From a virus, in IMG/VR virus record IMGVR_UViG_3300032287_003808, positions 32,001 to 96,000 of that record: a stretch of DNA of 64,000 nt. One strand, written 5' to 3'. A program made the position numbers and the translations under genes. This document shows positions 41,648 through 49,186 of the stretch, piece after piece. The stretch's first letter is position 1. Each line of letters starts with the position of its first letter. The notes under the pieces are model-generated. The model saw only the letters and a list, made by a program, of their open reading frames with translations. It was not told the origin of the DNA and made no database searches.

Positions 41648-41782
41648 TTAGTCATTAGTGTCCTTAGCTAACTCTTCAAACTGTAATATCAACAACGGAA
41701 CCAATCCGATTAAACCCCAATCGTTCCCGAACGCCAATAATATCGTTCCAAATACTCCTACTGTAATACCAAATGTTCTCAT
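41648..41782 (-). CDS. Small membrane protein (44 aa)
   Basis: Not in track: MRTFGITVGVFGTILLAFGNDWGLIGLVPLLILQFEELAKDTND; leader identical over 23 nt to that of 41395..41607. Confidence 0.7.
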   Translation of the reverse strand: MRTFGITVGVFGTILLAFGNDWGLIGLVPLLILQFEELAKDTND

Positions 41783-41829
41783 AACCGTTTCTTTAAATAT
41801 ACTGAAATATACGTAATGTCATTTGCGAC

Positions 41830-42144
41830 TTATACTCCCGTCTTTGCTCTCAATATGTCATCTAACATGTCGATTAGGTCTCCTAGGTAGCCATTACGAG
41901 CTAAGTCATCTAAATCGTATGTCTGGTCTTCATAATACCCACCACAACAATCACATCCGAAATCAATATACTCACCTAACACTACTGTTCCGTTTTCGAA
42001 ATCGAAACCTCGCAACTCCAATTTACCCACTTTGTCAAGTCGATCACACCATAACTCCATTTCGAAATCGATGTCTTTAATTTTTCCGAATTGTGTAAAC
42101 GTGTTACACGCGTCCATAAACTCTCTTGCTGTCATAACCTTCAA
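41830..42144 (-). CDS. Acidic Cys-containing hypothetical protein
   Basis: GCDCCGG; ATG at 42135 has the GGTTATG leader and is the likelier start. Confidence 0.75.
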   Translation of the reverse strand: MKVMTAREFMDACNTFTQFGKIKDIDFEMELWCDRLDKVGKLELRGFDFENGTVVLGEYIDFGCDCCGGYYEDQTYDLDDLARNGYLGDLIDMLDDILRAKTGV

Positions 42145-42218
42145 TTTAGAATATACAATAAAGCAAATTTAACACCTACTACTCCCACTGCCAATAATAA
42201 ACATACTAAAACTTCCAT
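42141..42218 (-). CDS. 25-aa hydrophobic peptide
   Basis: Not in track: MEVLVCLLLAVGVVGVKFALLYILN; own promoter and leader. Confidence 0.55.
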   Translation of the reverse strand: MEVLVCLLLAVGVVGVKFALLYILN

Positions 42219-42268
42219 AACCGTTATTTTTAATTATACTTTAATATACGTAACAATGTTTGGTGTTA

Positions 42269-42427
42269 TTACTCCTTTATAACGTGTTTAATATACTCTC
42301 CCTCATCGAACCAATAAAACGCTAGTCGTCCGTCTTCAAGTCGTAACGTTATCACCGCTTGGTCTAAATTGCCATCCATACTCAAAATGTCGGCTCCGTG
42401 TTTCTGTAAAAATGTTTGCGTTCTCAT
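42269..42427 (-). CDS. Small hypothetical protein (52 aa)
   Basis: Not in track: MRTQTFLQKHGADILSMDGNLDQAVITLRLEDGRLAFYWFDEGEYIKHVIKE. Confidence 0.6.
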   Translation of the reverse strand: MRTQTFLQKHGADILSMDGNLDQAVITLRLEDGRLAFYWFDEGEYIKHVIKE

Positions 42428-42437
42428 GTACCCCGAA

Positions 42438-42455
42438 AGCCCGATTACTCGGGCT
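42438..42455 (-). terminator. GNRA-capped hairpin
   Basis: AGCCCGA-GTAA-TCGGGCT; weak U-tract. Confidence 0.55.
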
Positions 42456-42482
42456 CACAAGGTGTATATTTAAGATAACCGG

Positions 42483-42905
42483 TTATGAAGCGGTGTCGTT
42501 AATTACTACTTTTGGTCTTCCAAGTGGCATCACACCACCATTAGCGGCTTTCTTGGCTTCCATTTCCGCCAATCGTTTCTGGCGCGCACTTTCCCCATTC
42601 ACCGGGCGACCTTTTTTCAACTCACCATTTGCTCGTTTCGTCTCTAACTCCACTAACCGCATTTGGCGGGCACTGTCTGCCTTAATTGGTCGACCCTTTT
42701 TCAACTCACCATTCGCTCGTTTCTCAGCCAACTCGGCAATTCGTATTTGGCGGGCACTATCTGCCTTAACTGGTCGGCCTCGTTTCCCTGTTGTCTCTGG
42801 CTTGGCCATGTTTGCCAACATCTCTTCCAATACTACGCTCTTCATTGTATGAGCTCCTTTAATTCCTGCTGCAATCGCTGTTGCTACTAATTCATTTCTT
42901 TTCAT
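42483..42905 (-). CDS. AT-hook (GRP) repeat DNA-binding protein with Rho_N/HeH-like N-terminus
   Basis: Four GRP motifs in 28-aa repeats; ELVATAIAAGIKGAHTMKSVVL. Confidence 0.7.
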   Translation of the reverse strand: MKRNELVATAIAAGIKGAHTMKSVVLEEMLANMAKPETTGKRGRPVKADSARQIRIAELAEKRANGELKKGRPIKADSARQMRLVELETKRANGELKKGRPVNGESARQKRLAEMEAKKAANGGVMPLGRPKVVINDTAS

Positions 42906-42955
42906 AACTGTTATTTTTAATTATACTTTAATATACGTAACTGATTTAACTTAAC

Positions 42956-43096
42956 TTACTCCCCACTTAAACTGATGTAATTAAATTGGTTGTAATCCAT
43001 CTCACCAATAATCATAGATGCTACTACCGTTACTAATCCTACTACCGCAATGGTTCCCATTGCTCCTAATACTAATGTTTCAATCCAATTTTTCAT
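42956..43096 (-). CDS. Small membrane protein (46 aa)
   Basis: Not in track: MKNWIETLVLGAMGTIAVVGLVTVVASMIIGEMDYNQFNYISLSGE; own promoter. Confidence 0.65.
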   Translation of the reverse strand: MKNWIETLVLGAMGTIAVVGLVTVVASMIIGEMDYNQFNYISLSGE

Positions 43097-43137
43097 AACC
43101 TTTTTTTATTTAATATACGTAACCAATCTAACTAAAC

Positions 43138-43206
43138 TTACTCCTCATTATATTCAGAGTACCATTCAATCTTTTCCCAGCTAATTAGTCCATCAAAATT
43201 CTCCAT
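43138..43206 (-). CDS. 22-aa acidic peptide
   Basis: Not in track: MENFDGLISWEKIEWYSEYNEE; own promoter and GGTTATG leader. Confidence 0.55.
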   Translation of the reverse strand: MENFDGLISWEKIEWYSEYNEE

Positions 43207-43256
43207 AACCTTTATCTTAAAATATAATTAAATATAAGTAATTTACTTTAATTCAT

Positions 43257-43448
43257 TTACTCCTTACTTAACCATTTTAACCCATTAACATCTTTAACTT
43301 CAATAATCTCATACTCATTTTTATCCCTATCACACAATTCTTCAAACTCAATCTCACCCACCTCATAACCTAAACTCTCAATCAATTCTTCCTTACTATT
43401 ACTAATAAAACTAAAATTTAAACAATAATCAATCACTAAATACTTCAT
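43257..43448 (-). CDS. Acidic small protein encoded with no cytosine on the coding strand
   Basis: No G on + strand 43239-43479; protein lacks A, P, T, H, Q; own promoter and leader. Confidence 0.8.
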   Translation of the reverse strand: MKYLVIDYCLNFSFISNSKEELIESLGYEVGEIEFEELCDRDKNEYEIIEVKDVNGLKWLSKE

Positions 43449-43513
43449 AACTTTATCTTTTTAATTTATATAAATATAAGTAACAAAAATGGGGGCTCTT
43501 ACACCCCCACTAA

Positions 43514-43735
43514 TTAAATATAATCATATTCATCATTCCAATTACACTCAATAAATCCTATCTCACTCAAATCATCTATATAATTATAACAAAAATCTAA
43601 ATAATCTTTATAAATTATATCCTCACCCACCTTAAACTCATTTAAAAAGTTATTTAACATCTCATCATCCTCATAAGATTCAATCACTTCTTTAACATAG
43701 TCATAATCTCTAGTCTTAAATTTAATTTTTCCCAT
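43514..43735 (-). CDS. Highly acidic/aromatic small protein (DNA-mimic candidate)
   Basis: D/E/Y-rich; only 4 C on the coding strand. Confidence 0.75.
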   Translation of the reverse strand: MGKIKFKTRDYDYVKEVIESYEDDEMLNNFLNEFKVGEDIIYKDYLDFCYNYIDDLSEIGFIECNWNDEYDYI

Positions 43736-43794
43736 AATCTTTATTTTTTAATTTATATAAATATAAGTAATAAAATTAAATAATTATGTTCCTG

Positions 43795-43983
43795 TTAATT
43801 AAATGTTACCATCCTGTGAGCTAATAAAGCCAACTCCGTGTCATTAAAGGGCTCTTCTCCCTCGTTAATATATTTTCTCAATTGGTAGGCCACTATGGCC
43901 TTTATATCCTGGCCTGATATCTCCCCTTCATTAGCCCTCTTCATGGCCAGTTTGAACCTGTTTATTACTTTAATCTCATTCAT
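43795..43983 (-). CDS. Small hypothetical protein
   Basis: Own promoter and leader. Confidence 0.75.
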   Translation of the reverse strand: MNEIKVINRFKLAMKRANEGEISGQDIKAIVAYQLRKYINEGEEPFNDTELALLAHRMVTFN

Positions 43984-44029
43984 AACCTTTATCTTTTTAA
44001 TTTATCTTAATATACGTAATTTGTTGGGG

Positions 44030-44260
44030 CTATTTTATTCCTAGCCCCTCATATTTCAATAAACTATTTGCAATATACCTATGTACGGCATTTATATTTT
44101 TGAATTGGGACACATTATCAACAATTATTTTCTTGTCTGTGTCCTTAATATTTTTAGTTTCAATAAAACTTAGAATTACTCCTTTTGCCTCATTCAAATC
44201 TCTAATCTGGAATACTTGTGGTGCCACCTCTTCCAATACGCTTTTAATTTTGATCTTCAT
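44030..44260 (-). CDS. Small hypothetical protein
   Basis: Own promoter and leader. Confidence 0.8.
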   Translation of the reverse strand: MKIKIKSVLEEVAPQVFQIRDLNEAKGVILSFIETKNIKDTDKKIIVDNVSQFKNINAVHRYIANSLLKYEGLGIK

Positions 44261-44319
44261 AACTTTATCTTTTTAATTTATTTAAATATATGTAACTAAA
44301 TTAGGGGGTCTTATTCCCC

Positions 44320-44580
44320 CTAAATCCAATCCATACTATATCCCATTTCAACTAACTTATCCATAATATACTCTGGTAATTCAAATACACCATCATAATC
44401 TCTTAGGTAAGTTGTGTCTCCTTCCTTATCAAACCATAGGCCTCCTTCGGCATAAACCCTTTCACCCCCTGTTTCAACATCATACAATTCAAACCAACCG
44501 TAGCCTTCATTCTTGATTCCTACTGTCACTTCTAATTCTGTTCCTCGTGGTGATACCACCTTAAATGTTTCTTCTTTCAT
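44320..44580 (-). CDS. Acidic hypothetical protein
   Basis: YAEGGLWF...LRDYDGVFELP; own promoter. Confidence 0.8.
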   Translation of the reverse strand: MKEETFKVVSPRGTELEVTVGIKNEGYGWFELYDVETGGERVYAEGGLWFDKEGDTTYLRDYDGVFELPEYIMDKLVEMGYSMDWI

Positions 44581-44629
44581 AACCTTTTTTTCTTTTAATA
44601 TACGTAACTATTTCTAATGATTTTACTCC

Positions 44630-44776
44630 CTAAAAATCACTTTTCATTAGTTCCTCTATCTTTTCTTTTAATTCTCCTAGTAATTCAGATGTTAGCTTTT
44701 CCTCATCAGCTAGTCCATTGTTCATTACATTAACTAATTCCTGTAGTACTAGTTGCTTTTCTTCCTTTAAACTCAT
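44630..44776 (-). CDS. Small helical protein (48 aa)
   Basis: Not in track: MSLKEEKQLVLQELVNVMNNGLADEEKLTSELLGELKEKIEELMKSDF. Confidence 0.6.
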   Translation of the reverse strand: MSLKEEKQLVLQELVNVMNNGLADEEKLTSELLGELKEKIEELMKSDF

Positions 44777-44840
44777 ATCTCTTTTTTTCTTAAATATATG
44801 TAATTAAAATAGGGGCTTTTACACCCCTATTATTTTATTT

Positions 44841-45161
44841 TTATTCTTCACTTTTAATCATTTTTGGTCTCCCTAACTTAAAAGTTCCATTTAATTTTCT
44901 TTCTTCTATTTCCTTCAACCTCATCTGTCTTTTACTCTCTCCATTAACAGGTCTTCCTTTCTTTAACTCCCCATTACTTCTCTTCTCTTCTAATTCTTTT
45001 AGCCTTACCTGTCTAACACTATCTTCTTTAATGGGTCTTCCTTTTTTAATCTCCCCATTCTTTCTTCTTTCTTCTAATTCCTTTAGTCTTAATTGTCTTA
45101 CACTTTCAGGATTAACTGGGCGTCCCAATTGTTTTACTTCAATAATCTCTACTTTTTTCAT
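44841..45161 (-). CDS. AT-hook (GRP) repeat protein, paralog of 42483..42905
   Basis: Four GRP motifs in the same 28-aa repeat; no alanine. Confidence 0.75.
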   Translation of the reverse strand: MKKVEIIEVKQLGRPVNPESVRQLRLKELEERRKNGEIKKGRPIKEDSVRQVRLKELEEKRSNGELKKGRPVNGESKRQMRLKEIEERKLNGTFKLGRPKMIKSEE

Positions 45162-45207
45162 AACACTTATCTTTTTAATTTACTTAAATATACGTAACAA
45201 ATTTAAC

Positions 45208-45402
45208 TTAAAACATTCCCCCGTCAATAATAAATACTTTAGTCTTTTTATTATCATCTTCACTCAGGTATACTTTTTCAGTTCCTATGTACTCAACATC
45301 ATTATAGTAAATATAATTTGTTGGGTCGGTTCCTTGAACAATCACTTCTAGATCTTTGTCCTTAACCTTTTCTAATTTTTTAATTAACTCCTTTACTGTC
45401 AT
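45208..45402 (-). CDS. Small hypothetical protein
   Basis: MTVKELIKKLE N-terminus; own promoter; no Ala. Confidence 0.8.
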   Translation of the reverse strand: MTVKELIKKLEKVKDKDLEVIVQGTDPTNYIYYNDVEYIGTEKVYLSEDDNKKTKVFIIDGGMF

Positions 45403-45455
45403 AACCTTTTATATTTTTAATTATGTTGAAATATACGTAACAATTTCTAATAATT

Positions 45456-45767
45456 TTATTCCTCACTATCTATCATTTCTTTTAATTCTAGGAAAAAATC
45501 ATAGGCATCTGTTTTTCCTCCTATATGGAACTCATCCAATTCATTCATGGTGTATTCCTCATCATAAGTCTTCCAATCATAAACTGTAAATATCTCTCCA
45601 TTATACTCTACAATCCATTCCTTCTGAACCTTATCATCTCCTGATGCTTCTGGGTGTGTTGGTTCCCCTAGTACCCTAACTAGGTCCTGGTAGGTACAGT
45701 TAATGTATCCTTTAAATCCAGACCCTGATGTCTTCCCTTTTAATTCATTTTCTTTTAATACTTTCAT
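45456..45767 (-). CDS. Hypothetical protein
   Basis: LGEP...DDKVQKEW...FTVYDWK...FHIGG common phage pattern. Confidence 0.8.
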   Translation of the reverse strand: MKVLKENELKGKTSGSGFKGYINCTYQDLVRVLGEPTHPEASGDDKVQKEWIVEYNGEIFTVYDWKTYDEEYTMNELDEFHIGGKTDAYDFFLELKEMIDSEE

Positions 45768-45798
45768 AACCTTTTTTCTTTTAATATACGTAACTCTT

Positions 45799-45951
45799 TT
45801 AATCTAAGCTTATCCCCTTATGTTTATCTTTACGGGTGTATTTCTTTTTTGATTCCATCGCCCTCGCAACAAATCTTCCATCAAAGTACCCCTGTTGTTT
45901 CTGTGATTCCCTTGTGGCTCCTATGTTCATTTTAATTGTCTCCTTTTTCAT
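45799..45951 (-). CDS. Basic 50-aa protein with ArfA-like motif
   Basis: Not in track: ...GYFDGRFVARAMESKKKYTRKDKHKGISLD; own promoter. Confidence 0.55.
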   Translation of the reverse strand: MKKETIKMNIGATRESQKQQGYFDGRFVARAMESKKKYTRKDKHKGISLD

Positions 45952-46008
45952 TTCTTTTATTTTTAATAAATATACGAAACAATTTTAATAATTTTTAGTC
46001 CCTTTTAA

Positions 46009-46315
46009 TCATTCTCCCCCCTGTTCCCCCGTGGGGGTGTGGGGGTTGTATATACTTTCGTTCTCTACCCAAAGGGTCGTGTTCGCACCATGTAAGGGTC
46101 CGATACGACATTCCTCTATTCCACACTTATCATCTCCTGTTTTCCACCTACTCACAATCACTTCTAATCTCATTACCCCCTTATATTCCTGTTTGTCACC
46201 CATTGGTAAATATCCTTAATAAATTAAACGCGTATAAAACACTCAAATAACACTTATGATACATTTTATATTTTAATGGTGTTCTCATTTATATCACATT
46301 TATTTCATTTCTTAT
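46009..46315. other. Promoter-less structured region with C/G tracts
   Basis: CCCCCCTGTTCCCCCGTGGGGGTGTGGGGG and imperfect GTCGTGT/ATACGAC inverted repeat. Confidence 0.4.
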
Positions 46316-46498
46316 TTAATTATCTCCAAGGTATGTTTCATAAATTTCTAGTAATTCCTCTCCATCTACAATAAACGGATCTGTTTCCTCAAGAAATCCA
46401 AACTTACCATTGTCGGTCACTTCAAATTTATCCACTTCAAGTTGGAGAATATCAAATCCATTCTCAACTAATTCCTTAAATGCTGTTTTTACTTCCAT
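46316..46498 (-). CDS. Acidic small protein
   Basis: Own promoter and leader. Confidence 0.8.
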   Translation of the reverse strand: MEVKTAFKELVENGFDILQLEVDKFEVTDNGKFGFLEETDPFIVDGEELLEIYETYLGDN

Positions 46499-46629
46499 AA
46501 CTTTTTATTTTAATATACGTAAGTGATTTTTATTATTTTACTCCTCTATAATCTCATTCCACCCAATAACCTCTAATCACTAACATAACAATCAATACAC
46601 TAATGAATACTCCTATAAACAATTCCATA

Positions 46630-46785
46630 TCAAAACACTATAAAATCCTCTAAATACTCACCTGTTCCTTTTCCGTTCTTAGTTATTTCATAACTCGGAT
46701 CCATTCCACTATACATTACACGATCAATTAACTCTTGTAATGAATTAAATTCTTCCTTAAAGTAACTACAATCTAAACTATACAT
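46630..46785 (-). CDS. Small hypothetical protein (51 aa)
   Basis: Not in track: MYSLDCSYFKEEFNSLQELIDRVMYSGMDPSYEITKNGKGTGEYLEDFIVF; own promoter. Confidence 0.65.
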   Translation of the reverse strand: MYSLDCSYFKEEFNSLQELIDRVMYSGMDPSYEITKNGKGTGEYLEDFIVF

Positions 46786-46829
46786 AACTTTCTTATTTTT
46801 TATTTATACTGAAATATACGTTCTCTCTT

Positions 46830-47030
46830 TTATATCTCTTCTTCCTTTATGGTTTGTCTTGTAAATTCTATTGTTACAGAACTCTCATAAATCGTTTCTG
46901 TAGTTGTCTCACATGAATCTGCTTCCCGGTTCATGATCATTTCCATTGCTGTTTCTTCATCCTTAGCAATTATTTCATAAGTGTAAGTGACCATAGCAGG
47001 TACTTGTTCCTCAATTATATATCTTTTCAT
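46830..47030 (-). CDS. Acidic small protein
   Basis: ORF, array context. Confidence 0.75.
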   Translation of the reverse strand: MKRYIIEEQVPAMVTYTYEIIAKDEETAMEMIMNREADSCETTTETIYESSVTIEFTRQTIKEEEI

Positions 47031-47042
47031 AATTTCTTTCTT

Positions 47043-47210
47043 TTAATCCTCAATTTTCACTCCTAATAGTTGACACATATGTTCTAAATCAATTTGGATG
47101 TCTCCTTTATTCCGTAACACTACTTTTAATGAATTAACCATTTGTACTACATTAGGATGATTTGAAGCCATTTCTGCTTTCTTAATGAACTTACTTAATT
47201 TTATTTTCAT
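47043..47210 (-). CDS. Small hypothetical protein (55 aa)
   Basis: Not in track: MKIKLSKFIKKAEMASNHP...; own promoter and leader. Confidence 0.6.
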   Translation of the reverse strand: MKIKLSKFIKKAEMASNHPNVVQMVNSLKVVLRNKGDIQIDLEHMCQLLGVKIED

Positions 47211-47355
47211 AACTTTTTTATTTGAATATATGAAACTAAATTTATATTTTTTATTCCCCTCTTTTTATGGTACTAATTATTTTTTAAAGTCATTACTTAT
47301 CTCTCCTATGCTTATTACAACTAGCAATACTAATATAACACCCACTACTCCCATG

Positions 47356-47568
47356 TTAATCTTGTATTAGTTCTATTTCATCCTCAGTGTGCCAATTTGC
47401 GGTATTTTCTGTTCCAACGTGTGTTCGTCCTTCTACAAGTACTCTATAATCTAGTCTATCATTTTCATCTAAATCATATTCAACAATGGTTCCTACATCA
47501 TCTACTTTATTGATTGATCCGTTTTCTGATGATACAATTTTTACTTTATCTCCTACTTTATATTTCAT
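47356..47568 (-). CDS. SH3/KOW-like small protein
   Basis: KYKVGDKVKI...GTIV...YRV...W.TEDEIEL. Confidence 0.7.
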   Translation of the reverse strand: MKYKVGDKVKIVSSENGSINKVDDVGTIVEYDLDENDRLDYRVLVEGRTHVGTENTANWHTEDEIELIQD

Positions 47569-47608
47569 CTTTTTTTTATTTTAATATACGTTCTTTATTT
47601 TATATCTC

Positions 47609-47833
47609 TTAATCCTCACTTATTTCTACACCACCATTCCCTTTATCGATAAAGCTTACGGATCCATCTGCAAACTGTACTTCAATAATGTCCTCGTCCA
47701 TAGTATCAATAATCTCAACATCGTTGAATACTTCCCCAGCGGTTATTTCTTCTTCCTCCATAATGGGATCCTCTTCTTCATCAAATCCTACACAAACTTC
47801 GATGCACTGGTCTTTTAAAAATTTAATTTTCAT
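47609..47833 (-). CDS. Highly acidic small protein
   Basis: Own promoter. Confidence 0.8.
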   Translation of the reverse strand: MKIKFLKDQCIEVCVGFDEEEDPIMEEEEITAGEVFNDVEIIDTMDEDIIEVQFADGSVSFIDKGNGGVEISED

Positions 47834-47886
47834 AATTTCTCTTTTTTATTTTAATATACGAAACTTATTTTTAATCTTTTATTCCT

Positions 47887-48183
47887 TTATCTACTTTTTA
47901 CTTCTGATATAACTGATGTTCCTGAATTGATCATTGCTATGACTCCACCCCATTCATTCTCATCTGCTTCCCATTCAACATCATGTTTTGGATGTTTTAT
48001 TTGGAAATTGGAATAAGCGAATCCGTTACAATGCATTTTGAAATCACCATCATCATTCTTCTTAAATGTCATGTAATGGATGTTATCACACATACATGAT
48101 ACTGTTGTAAACACTACCTCTCTAGCTCCTTCTTTAATAGTTAGTTTAGGTGGGTTTCTTCTTAATTCTACATACTTACTCAT
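47887..48183 (-). CDS. Hypothetical protein
   Basis: Own promoter and leader. Confidence 0.8.
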   Translation of the reverse strand: MSKYVELRRNPPKLTIKEGAREVVFTTVSCMCDNIHYMTFKKNDDGDFKMHCNGFAYSNFQIKHPKHDVEWEADENEWGGVIAMINSGTSVISEVKSR

Positions 48184-48228
48184 AACTTTTCTTTTTTATT
48201 TTAATATATGTAACAAATTTTACTAAGT

Positions 48229-48444
48229 TTATTCCCCAATTACTTTATCAATAAATTCTAATACTTCAGCTACCAGTTCTGGTTCATCAATATGGTGTCC
48301 ATCTTTACTTCGTAGTGAATAATCAAGTACTTTTTTACTATCCCCATCAACTAATTCAACATAGATCATAACCCCTTCTGTTGGGTGTTGAATTTTGATT
48401 AGGCGTTCTACAACTGTGTTCTCTGAGCGTGTTAAAACTTCCAT
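48229..48444 (-). CDS. Hypothetical protein
   Basis: Own promoter and leader. Confidence 0.8.
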   Translation of the reverse strand: MEVLTRSENTVVERLIKIQHPTEGVMIYVELVDGDSKKVLDYSLRSKDGHHIDEPELVAEVLEFIDKVIGE

Positions 48445-48487
48445 AACTTTTTTTTTATTTTAATATACGAAACTTATTTTAATTATT

Positions 48488-48952
48488 TTAATCCTCTACT
48501 TTAATGGCAAATAATACCTTTGCTTTGAGTCGGTTACCATCATTATCATTTCCTACTACAACTCCATCAATAATTGAAAATGCATGTCCCTTAACTATTA
48601 TTAAATATCTTCCTTTAGGAAACCGTTCTAGAAATAAACGTAACGGTACATTAACTGGCTCACCACCTTTTTTCTGGTGTATATCTGATCCGGGGTATAA
48701 TAGGTTTTCTTTATGTACTAATTTGTATTTGACTCCTAATATGTTATCTCTAGCTCTTAGTTTCAATGTGGTTCCAAATGTGCCCTTTCGTGGTTCCCGT
48801 CCAAATTCATTCGCTACAAACTTATGAGCAACATCATACTTCAATCCAAACGTTGATGCAACTGCTCTAACTACACAATCGTTACGTTCACCTTTGGCTA
48901 TCGCACTCTCGTTATAGCCAATAATGTGGTCTGCCGATTTAATACTTTTCAT
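48488..48952 (-). CDS. Hypothetical protein, possible papain-like Cys-His fold
   Basis: NDCVVRAVA...KGHAFSIIDGVV. Confidence 0.6.
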   Translation of the reverse strand: MKSIKSADHIIGYNESAIAKGERNDCVVRAVASTFGLKYDVAHKFVANEFGREPRKGTFGTTLKLRARDNILGVKYKLVHKENLLYPGSDIHQKKGGEPVNVPLRLFLERFPKGRYLIIVKGHAFSIIDGVVVGNDNDGNRLKAKVLFAIKVED

Positions 48953-48994
48953 AACCTTTTTTATTTGAATATACGAAACAAATTTTATTGATGG

Positions 48995-49186
48995 CTATCC
49001 CTTCTTAACTAATTTTTTATGTAGCCGTTTTAATTTGGCTTTTAAACGTTTAACTTCTAATCGTCTTAAGTATGGGCCATGGTTGTAAGTGCTTCCTTCC
49101 CAAGCCATGGTCCATACTGTTTTGTCTGTTTGAAGAAACTCAATTCGCTTTTGAATCTGCTCTATTGATTGTTCTGTTGTTACCAT
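48995..49186 (-). CDS. Basic small protein
   Basis: Overlaps upstream stop. Confidence 0.65.
   Translation of the reverse strand: MVTTEQSIEQIQKRIEFLQTDKTVWTMAWEGSTYNHGPYLRRLEVKRLKAKLKRLHKKLVKKG

Noticed and set aside
46009-46203. ORF 46009..46203 as a gene
   Set aside because: No promoter or leader motif, and the 3' part is C/G tracts. Not excluded, but unsupported.
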